Source: Eledone cirrhosa (taxonomy: Eukaryota). Taken from it: DNA of 64,000 nt. Shown in pieces: positions 1-9,507 of this stretch. The DNA lies in the NCBI GenBank assembly GCA_964016885.1, contig OZ024740.1:376836001-376900000 (forward strand), in the 5' to 3' direction. Below the pieces are notes generated by a model. That model had not been told where the DNA came from. It saw nothing but the letters and a program-made list of their open reading frames with translations, and did not search any database. Position 1 is the first letter of the stretch; every line of letters starts with the position of its first letter. Position numbers and translations under genes: made by a program.

Positions 1-1085
1 AATTCCTAAGGGAATTGTCGGCCAGTTGCTGTCTTGACCGATTGTAGTACCAGTGCGTGAATCATTTCAGTTTTTTTAGTTGAAATACATATAAATATGT
101 GTCTGTGTGTGTCGGACACACGTACACATAAAGAAGCTGCCGACCTAAATGTGCCTGTCATGCCTGCTTGAATTTTCGGTCAGTTGCTGACTTGACCGAT
201 TAACCCCATAATTACTACGTAGCGGTTCTTGCACGTGACTGCTGGACCCGGATGAAACGAAGACGTTTTGTACCACAGATGCGATCTCACCCTGCCTCGT
301 TAATGTCCTATCGACACCAAAGTTCAACGTTCGGGCGAATAGATTTGAATCCAACCACCAACAACATAGCTGAATGACCGATAATCACACCAAACCGGAG
401 TACTGTGATCCTTGTGATTTCCAGATATACAACCACTGACACTGTTACGAAGACCAGAAAACCATACTCCATATATTGAACCAAGTGATTGATTTGTGCG
501 AACAAAATAACACCAAACACATATTGAACTAGGAATATTGGATCCTCCGTCAATGTCCGGGTGAGCAAAAGTAGAGTTCTATCCGCATTGGAATTTACGA
601 ACTTGTGCATCTGATGTGGTGTCAAAAACAAATGCACATGACCGCACAAATAAACAATGGACCATGCCACGTGGCTTGAACCCGTAAGTGAATTGAAGGT
701 TCTGCAACTCTGATACACAGAATATTTATTATTAAGATGTATAAACTTGACATAACTATTATCATCTTATATTCTCTCAACTAATCACACTTGATCATAT
801 TTCTCTATCCCGTTTTCTCCCCCCATAATTATTATATTTTTATTATTATTTGAAAAAATCGGTTTTATTTACATTGTGTTTTCCCCTCCAAATATTCGCT
901 TATATTTCTTTATATATTCTCTATATATTTGTTTATCTTTATTTTATTATTTTTTTTATTTTTTATCTTTTTTATTTCCACTCTTATCCTCCTTTACATT
1001 TTACCTTATTCTTACTTTTATACCTTATTATAGTGTAATCTTCCCCATGCCTTATTATACACTATTAATTATAGATTATTATTAC

Positions 1086-1272
1086 AGGGGTGGATTGGCA
1101 GTATCGGTAGAGGGACGGACGCCATGCTTTGACGCATAGTGACGTCCCTTTACGATCTGAGTTCAAATCCCGCCGAGGTTGACTTTGCCTTTCATCCTTA
1201 CGGGGTCGATAAAATAAAGTACCAGTAATGCACTGGGTAATTGCTGGCCTTCTGCCTAAAGTAGAAACAATT
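1086..1272 (+). mobile_element. tRNA-derived SINE with Deu/Nin-type central domain
   Basis: A-box-like TGGCAGTATCGGTAGAG, B-box-like GAGTTCAAATCCC, then GACTTTGCCTTTCATCCTTACGGGGTCGATAAAATAAAGTACCAG typical of Deu/Nin-domain SINEs; closely similar copies at 3225-3395 and 24672-24840. Confidence 0.8.
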
Positions 1273-1609
1273 AATTATAGATTATTATTATTACTCTTTT
1301 TCCATTTCTAATTACCTCATGTACTTTCTCCTCCGCTATATATATATATATATTGTACGCCCTTTGTGTTTGTGTAGCCTCTGCGCACCCTCTGCACCAT
1401 ACTATCGACGCCACCCCATCTATGGTTCAGCTAACCACCCGACTCCCGGGAATGAATATGACCGCAGCTAGTAAACAATGACCCACACCCCACCCTCCCG
1501 CACCAAAATTAGACTTATCGTCCCCTACTTTTGCTCTTTACTCTCTTTACTCTTTGTTCTTGAATGTTTGGTTGGTAGAGTCCATAACACCAATCAAACC
1601 CCTTTTATA

Positions 1610-1654
1610 GCTCTGACGAACCCTACGGTTACGTAAGGAAGAAACATTGTAAGC
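1610..1654 (+). ncRNA. Type I hammerhead ribozyme motif at a Penelope-like 3' terminus
   Basis: GCT-CTGACGA-A-CCCTACG/gtta/CGTAAGG-AA-GAAAC-att-GTA-AGC followed by AATAAA; short stem I (3 bp) and one stem II mismatch. Confidence 0.55.
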
Positions 1655-1790
1655 CAATAAAAATCTTTTGATGTTGTAGACGCTCTTGTGTTCTTTTTCA
1701 TACATATATATATATATAAACAAGGTTTAGCAAATAATGAAAAAGTTTCAAAATAAATTTTAAAAAAAATTGACTTTACCTACTATTGTT

Positions 1791-1873
1791 ACCTTTACCG
1801 ATCGGTTTCGAATCTCAAAAATAAACGGAGACCATACGGCCTTCGTTGCAAAGAAAGATTCTCGTCAGAAGGT
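1791..1873 (-). ncRNA. Type I hammerhead ribozyme (intact core)
   Basis: Minus strand ACCTT-CTGACGA-GAATCT...AGATTC-GAAA-CCGATCGG-TA-AAGGT: stem I 5 bp, stem II 6 bp, palindromic stem III, GUA cleavage triplet. Confidence 0.85.
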
Positions 1874-2272
1874 TCTTTTCTTTCGAAGAATATAAAATTC
1901 TTGAATTTAAATTACGAACTAGCGCTATCCAAAACTGTTCCCGAGATGAGAGTGAATGAAGTGGAATCAATTTTTTCAAGGGCTGAAGTAAAGATAGAGG
2001 CAGAGGGAGGTAGGTCAAATCGGCCGCCACCATCACTAGCAGCAGTCGGAACGACCAAATTTTTCTCAACATAGAGGAGGATAGTAATAATAGGATATGT
2101 GTTCCTTCACGCACAAGGCGCTAAGGGACGCATGTATTGTCCAACCAAATGCCAATGTGGTTCAATGGCAGGTTAATAAATTAACGAGCCAGAACATATA
2201 TAAACAAGGTTTAGCAAATAATGAAAAAGTTTCAAAATAAACTTTAAAAAATTGACTTTAGCTACTATAGTT

Positions 2273-2355
2273 ACCTTTACCGATCGGTTTCGAATCTCAA
2301 AAATAAACGGAGACCATACGGCCTTCGTTGCAAAGAAAGATTCTCGTCAGAAGGT
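2273..2355 (-). ncRNA. Type I hammerhead ribozyme (second tandem copy)
   Basis: Same sequence as 1791-1873. Confidence 0.85.
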
Positions 2356-2451
2356 TCTTTTCATTCGAAGAATATAAAATTCTTGAATTTAAATTACGAA
2401 CTAGCGCTATCCAAAACTGTTCCCGGGATGAGTGTGAATGAAGTGGAATCA

Positions 2452-2456
<5 letters not shown>

Positions 2457-2510
<54 letters not shown>
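2457..2510. repeat. (TA)n microsatellite
   Basis: Direct reading; further (TA)n tracts at about 2933-2995, 3144-3215, 4025-4095, 27566-27666, 38842-38892. Confidence 0.95.
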
Positions 2511-2515
<5 letters not shown>

Positions 2516-2840
2516 AGATCAAAAGATGGTCAAAGGAGTTCCAGGTATTTTATTATGCGCATTTCAAAAACAAACATCATCATGCAATAATATTTGTGTT
2601 TTCATCAGATAAAACAGGAGAACATGATATGAAGGCTAAAAAACACTTGTGGATAGTGCAGTTTTAAATCAACATATGTTGATTTAAAACTGCACTATCC
2701 ACAAGTGTTTTTTAGCCTTCATATCATGTTCTCCTGTTTTATCTCATGAAAACACAAATATTATTGCATGATGATGTTTGTTTTTGAAATGCGCATAATA
2801 AAATACATGGAACTCCTTTAACCATCTTTTGATCTTATAT
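2511..2840. repeat. 330-bp spacer-less palindrome (Penelope-like terminus inverted on itself)
   Basis: Arms 2511-2675 and 2676-2840 are reverse complements centred on AACAT|ATGTT; I see three mismatches. Confidence 0.95.
2548..2614 (-). ncRNA. Type I hammerhead ribozyme motif in left palindrome arm
   Basis: Minus strand TTTTAT-CTGATGA-(AAACACAAATATTATT...ATGATGTTTGTTTTT stem II)-GAAA-TGCGCA-TA-ATAAAA; the plus-strand twin at 2737-2803 has CTCATGA (core mutated). Confidence 0.7.
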
Positions 2841-2929
2841 TATGCATACTCCAGTCCTACAAACTGTAGAGTGCTTCTTATCCGATATCTGCATTGCTTT
2901 ATTGTACTACAATAAAACTCACCTCCTAC

Positions 2930-2997
<68 letters not shown>

Positions 2998-3139
2998 AGA
3001 GATAAACACAGATATATACATATATGTATTCAAATTGCCCCAATATCGGTTTGTATTCCTTTTCTTGATTTATTCTTTTAAATTAAGTCTGGCAAACCCT
3101 ATTGTTCATAGTTAGTATTTTTTCACCCTAGCGAATCTG

Positions 3140-3218
<79 letters not shown>

Positions 3219-3224
3219 GTTTAT

Positions 3225-3395
3225 ACTTGTTGACACAAGGCCAGTAATTAACCAGTACATTACTGATACTCTATTCTATCGACCCCGTAAGGATGAAAGG
3301 CAAAGTTAACCTCGGTGGTATTTGAACTCAGAATGGCAAAGGCCGTAACTCTATGCTGCAATGCATGGCGTGCGACCCTCTACCGATACTGCCAT
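3225..3395 (-). mobile_element. Deu/Nin-domain SINE copy
   Basis: TATCGACCCCGTAAGGATGAAAGGCAAAGTTAACCTCGGTGGTATTTGAACTCAGA is the reverse complement of the SINE core at 1160-1210. Confidence 0.8.
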
Positions 3396-3612
3396 ATATA
3401 ATGATATGTAAGGGAACAAAGAATCAGTGTTGCATCATAGGTGCAGCTGAAGGGGATGGATAATAGCATACTCTTCGTACCAACAGATGTTACAGAGAAT
3501 AATATACCAATTCAAACAAACTATTCTTCTCATTACACGTGATTTACTCGGATGAAAACCATTAATATGATTATGTACTGATGCGGTTCGACTCCGAGAT
3601 TATATAAATAGA

Positions 3613-3670
3613 CATACATACATACATACATATATACATACATACATACATACATACATACATACATACA

Positions 3671-3702
<32 letters not shown>
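3613..3702. repeat. (CATA)n microsatellite
   Basis: Direct reading; others at about 30517-30672 and 36410-36496. Confidence 0.95.
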
Positions 3703-4019
3703 CACATATATTTACCTTTTCTAGGTCCCACTGTCCTTCCTCTTTGTCTGAACGTTGGACAACAGTCCGTATTATTCTCTTGTTATACTATTTCTCTCCT
3801 TTCTATATTTCTCTCCTTTTGCTAAGCGCTTGCTCACTTTATATTTGTATAATTTGCCTAAAAGCATAACATATCTCTACTGGTTTTAGTGCGTGCTGGA
3901 ATGAGTGGTGTCAGCCTTAGTGCTCTGAGGCCGTAGTGATTTCTATAGATTGACTGGGGAGCTGGAGCTGTCCGCCTTCATTGTTTGTCCCCTTGTTTTT
4001 GTCATGTCATCCCACCATT

Positions 4020-4091
<72 letters not shown>

Positions 4092-4599
4092 TATGGGGGA
4101 GGGTATATATGCAGGTATACATATTAACATATATACATAAATACATACATACTTTACATATAATGTTAAACTGGAAGAATACAAAAAAAAACAAGGTGAA
4201 CTAGCGAATCAATCCATTGTTTCACGATAGTTTCACATAGCCACATTATAAAATTATCGATGCGCAGATTAATCGATGGTAATTATTCCACTCCGTATCA
4301 TCATCATCGGAAACGCAATTGTGTTCTGCTTTATACACTCAAGTACAATATATGAAAAGTGAGAGAGAGAATCATAGAATTTTTATACAAGCACACATAC
4401 GCCCACAACATTTATATTATGCGTACATTTACTGCTGGTTTATATATACGAGTGTATATACAGCTGTATATAACTTTAACTGAATGTGAAAGCATATTAT
4501 TTATTTACTGAAAGCAAAGCTGGCAGTGACTTCGAGGTTTTTTGTCATATTTATATTTATGTATCGAACAGTAACGTTACATGTACCTGGCTTGTTAGA

Positions 4600-6730
4600 T
4601 AACTAGATATTCTTCTGGTTATATACACGGAAGACACCTGTTATTCGAAATCGTGGAGATGTCCGTCTAAATATTGAAGTCCCTTTACAAGGATTTGCTA
4701 CAATCAACATGACTGGACATGACAGCATATACAACACTTAAACGAAGAAAAACAACAATGAGATACATAAAAAGAATAATTTTAGTTGTAGTTACGAAGG
4801 GTACAGAAACTATAAATCGGACCTTTCTTGGAGATAGGAACTAAACTCTACAACGACCTATTTAATTGTTAAAGAAAGGCAAAGGAAGTTTTTTTGTTAA
4901 AATTTTGCGTGCTATCGACGAAATCGGAGGTGAAAATCTACGACGAATTAAAACCGCTACATTTTTGCAAGTTAAAGTCTGCTTATATACTGTAGCAATG
5001 ACAGTGAAGCAATGTCTTGGTGATAAGAGAGATGTTAACAGAAACAAAACCAAACAAAAAATGCCATCGAATATTTAAAAAATAGAAAAAAAGATCGCTG
5101 ACCTACGAACATCTATCGGCCATGTGACAATGCTAACACATGTAAAACAAAAACAAAAAGGTATACTCCCCACCAACAATGAGTGAAAATAAAATAGAAA
5201 TGATGTTTGGATAGAGTACAAGCAGAACGCTTCAATACAAGTTGATGACCCTCAAGCTAGAACTGAGGCTTGTCAGCGAGAAATGCCAATATCAGAAAAG
5301 AGTGGCTGAAAGAAAAATGATTAATAATAGATTCAGCCGAAACCAAATATAGGTCTGTAGAAATATGAGTGGCAAATCAATAAATGTCACAGCGGCCTCA
5401 TTACAGGAATAAATAGATTCCTTCTGGAGAAAAGAGTGATGTGAGGAAAAGAAATTCAACAAAGATGCAGTGTGTTTGAACGAGATCCGAACGAAATATT
5501 GCCTCTGCATTGTGCCAAAATCATACAATATCAATGATGACACCCTTGAGATTGTAATAGCAAAACTTCAAGTTAAGAAAGCAGAAAGAGAGTTGATTGT
5601 TGGCTACTGATATAAAAATAAGATGTATCTTATCAAACTCTAGCAATAAGCTCTCAAGTAAGCTGTCTAATATACCAAGCTAGTTGTCATTGTCCGTAAA
5701 AACAAATAAATTCACTTGGCAAAAAACTACTGACTTATGCCATGCCCGAATCCAATGTATAAGATGTATATAGCCTGTCTGAACCCATTCATCAAGGATC
5801 ACTGTGACAATAACTATATCATCACACATGAGCAAGCAGCTGAACAGAAAGGAGCTTGGGGGAAGTTGAGCAGGTCCTAATCAACAAAGTCGCGATGTCA
5901 GAGGTGCGGTGACATAGGAGGAACTTCGCTACAGTCTGACTGGATTACAGGAAAGCATTATATTCTATACCCCATTCTTGGATGCTCGAAGCGCTTCGAC
6001 TTGCTAAAGTCTTAGGTGCCATAATCAGAGCCATAGAGATCCTACATTCATCATGGGCTACTATCCTGAAGTTAAGTAAAAATGAAGGGGGACTATATTG
6101 TCACTGATAAATAGAATAGCGAAGGCGTATATTTCAGGGGGACATCTTCTCTGTGAATACTATTTATACTGTCAGTAAACGCCTTGGTCTTTACGATGAG
6201 AAAATATGAAGAATATATATAATTGGTCCACAGAAGGCGAGAAATGAATCCTAACACAAAGTTTCTTTGTAGAAGACTTGAAACTTTATGCCAGAATATA
6301 AATGGTATGAAGGAAAACCTTAAGATGTTGTCGAGAGATAAAAGAGTGGAGTTTGACCAAAAGAGATGATTGCAAAGCGAGGTAAAACTACAGCCGAATC
6401 TACCAACATTCTATCAATGACCTGACTCTTTCACCGGCATCTGACCAGGCCTGCTACAGATACTCGAGGATATATGGAAATATATCTTATGATTGTATTT
6501 TTATCAAAGAACGGGTAACCAGGGAATATAACATCCGAATAAGAAAAATATGGCCTGCTGAACTCTCGGCGCACAATAAATCAACAATGTTTGCTGTATC
6601 TGTGCTGAAACCAACATTTGGACAAATGGACTCGACGCTAGATGAGATTCGACGCTAGATGAGATTCGAAAAGTTCTAACCGGCGATGGAAATTTCAATA
6701 TCAACAGTGACGTAGACCGCCTCTACTTGA
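4600..6730 (+). mobile_element. Highly degraded R4-clade non-LTR retrotransposon (RT region), 3'-truncated
   Basis: Remnant RT motifs W-LDYRKALYSIPHSW (~5940-5980), IFQGD (~6130), FFVEDLKLYA (~6263-6292), GNFNINSDVDRLY (~6688-6727); colinear with 34790-36045 and 30700-33815; many stops. Confidence 0.75.
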
Positions 6731-7156
6731 GGCTGATCATTCCTGTGAACGGGTACTATTCCTTGCTGGCCTCGTAGAATTCTAGTCTCGTGAAACTAGC
6801 TGTTGAAATGGCAGCATCTCAGTCGTCGGGGTCCCGACTCTTTCATATTATCATACTCTATTACCCCAAGTATCGAATACTCTGGTGAGTAATGGTCTAA
6901 ACAGGAGGTTTTTGCGGCATCAATATTGATTTATATAAATATATATATATATATACATAAGAAAGTGTGGTAAGATACCAGGTGGACCATAACGCACCAG
7001 AGTACTCAATACTTAGGGTAGTAGCGTGGGCAATAGGAAAAGAATCAGGACCCCGACGTCTGAGCTCCGGCCGTTTCGACATCTAAACCCGAACGTTGGG
7101 ATCTAGCTGTCGAAACGGCCGGAGCTCAGACGTCGGGGTCCTGCCTCTTTTCCTAT
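6727..7156. mobile_element. Two Penelope-like termini tail-to-tail (about 6727-6930 plus, 6960-7085 minus) plus fold-back hairpin 7033-7156
   Basis: 6795-6900 is a diverged reverse complement of 6984-7085; 7033-7081 pairs with 7108-7156; a third related copy at 63760-63930. PLE assignment is inferred from architecture and CTGAT.A/GAAAC remnants. Confidence 0.55.
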
Positions 7157-7164
7157 ATATACAC

Positions 7165-7229
<65 letters not shown>

Positions 7230-7233
7230 TGTG

Positions 7234-7265
<32 letters not shown>

Positions 7266-9215
7266 AGATTTAGATCTGATAGACGTGTTAATAAATCGTG
7301 TTATATGTTTGTGAAATATATATGAAATTCTTCATATTATGGAGGTAGAATCACAGAACAACAATGATGTAATCAGGCTCAATCTGATAGATCATGTAAC
7401 ATCACTAAACACTGGTTTCAGTTGAAATGAAAAATTCTCCACACTAAAATATTAAAGGTGCACGAGTCTAGTGGGCAAAGGCATATGTTTATAAGTGGAA
7501 ATCTATGGTCAGAAGGCTTAATATTTGTGGAAGTGGCACTTAGCATATATTGATTGAAAAGACGTGTACTGAAAATTACATCCATACATTTTTTATAAGA
7601 GTTGATGAATATCGGTTGATGAATATCATCTGAAAACAATGTTTTCACCAGAACTTCTTAACTCTAAGAAAACTTGAATACTGCCCTTTTTCATCAAAAT
7701 AAAGGAGTTTTCATCGCTCTGTGAAAAAGCAGCCTTTATTAGAGCAATATTTATTTTGGACAGAGTATCGTGAACTCGTTATAGTTTTCTTTTCTGATGT
7801 ATTACCACATATGCCATTGATTCGGCTCTTTGAAAATGTGTAAGCAACGTTACTACCCACCCACCAAAGAATTAAATGCACGCTTTTGCTAAGTCAGAAG
7901 TAATGAATATTGGAAAAGGAGTTATTTTCGTTAAAATGGGTTAATGAAATATTTTACACTCTGAAAGTAGGTATAATTGGATAAATTATTGATTTCATTT
8001 TGATTAGAAACAAAGCTAGATATTTCTAGGGAATTGAATGCATCTGTTAATTTATTGGCAGTTCGTTACTGGAGATATGAAAGGTAAATTCAAATTAAAC
8101 GGGTTTGAAACAGATTCTACAAAGGGGAATTATATATTCTAATGTAATTAGTCAAACCTCTTATAATTTTGCGATCTCATCAATATTCATTGGATGAAAC
8201 GTTGGGTAAATTTTCATTCAGCGAAATGGCTCCTTATATATTTGTAGGCAAAAAGCATAAATGGAATATAGAGAAAAATATTTGTGTGAATGAAGTGAAC
8301 TTTCATCCAGCAAGAATCGAAAGTAAGTTGCAGTCTTCAGTTACTTAGAAATATGACTACTGTAGTACGGCGCTCTCTAACATTGAATGTAATATCAATT
8401 ACACTAGTAAATTTGTAAACAAATAAAATATTAATATTATATTTGAAAGACTTTCAGACGGTATCTCAAATTAGTAATATTGATAAAAGATAGAAGTGGC
8501 TGATATGGTATGGCAAGCATTATATTGCTGAAGAGAGGTATGTTAATTCTCATCATAGAATAAGGGCAAAGGATAAGAATTAAATATAAGCTAATTAGGA
8601 TATTCAATATCTAAGTACTTTAAATGACCAATTAGCAAAATCATGAGTAGGTCTCCTTGACAATAATGGAACTGTGTGTCTAATAGAAGCGAAATATTCA
8701 AACTTGACTTCTCAAACAGACGAAGTATGGCGGGATGCATGAAAACATATGCTCTGTCAATTTACTAAATTGGCAAAACAGAAAGTTCCTACGGCTATTT
8801 CTTATACGGTTTCCAATTAAATATAATTTATATATGTAATATAACGTATGTATATATATATATATCATACATTTATAAGTTTGTAATCTAATCTAATGAG
8901 TAAACAAACGAAAGGTATATGCAAACATATACGCATATACAAACACACCCATACATACATATGTGTCTATGTGTGTGAGTATATATATATGAATTAAGGA
9001 TAAGTTTATAGAAACATTTAAATCAATATAATGTACATATGACAGAAGGGAAAATGATAAATACATAAACAATCAAATCGATCGACAAACATTCACATGG
9101 ATAGTAAGACGGTTAGACAGACAAAGGAACAAACGGAGAGATGATAAATAGATAGATTGACACACAGGTAGATAGGCAAGCAGAGAGTGGGAGAGAGAGA
9201 GACAGACAGACAAAC

Positions 9216-9216
<1 letters not shown>

Positions 9217-9258
<42 letters not shown>

Positions 9259-9268
9259 CAGATAGATA
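9217..9268. repeat. (GATA)n microsatellite at Tx1 3' end
   Basis: Direct reading; others at 16112-16163 and 16452-16502. Confidence 0.95.
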
Positions 9269-9507
9269 TGTTTCTTTATTAGCTACAGAGGCACAACAGA
9301 AGGGGACAAATACAAAGGGGGAAGTTTACATACAATAAAAAGGTGTAAAATGTTATCACAAATGCAATTTAAAAAATTAGTCGATTTTCCCCAATAGAGG
9401 GAGACAGTTCATATGGGTTACACATACCCCCGAAAAAATGTGCAGCCCTCATCTCCAGGAGTACGAAGATTTTGTACTCCTTTCCTCTCCTCCTCCTTTT
9501 CCTCAAC

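Larger units (their letters stand above)
1715..2456 (-). mobile_element. Penelope-like element terminus with tandem pseudo-LTR direct repeats (about 1715-1976 and 2197-2456)
   Basis: Near-identical ~260-bp direct repeat, each copy with a hammerhead; minus-strand translation SSREQFWIALVRNLNSR resembles the RE-x-FWI...LN end of PLE GIY-YIG endonucleases; flanked by (TA)n. Confidence 0.7.

Noticed and set aside
308-718. 136-aa hydrophobic ORF as a membrane protein
   Set aside because: Non-ATG start, no recognisable family or splice context; likely antisense of an A/C-rich decayed repeat
1086-1180. tRNA gene
   Set aside because: Only A/B-box remnants continuing into a SINE body; no cloverleaf
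2840-4204. ORFs with YIYI/HTYI repeats (also 27243-27709, 30219-30738, 36336-36623, 49095-49430, 56517-56771)
   Set aside because: Translations of stop-free microsatellites
8050-8760. Additional very old SINE/RTE-UTR remnants (also 24110-24215, 37870-37940)
   Set aside because: Similarity too weak to define boundaries or family without alignment
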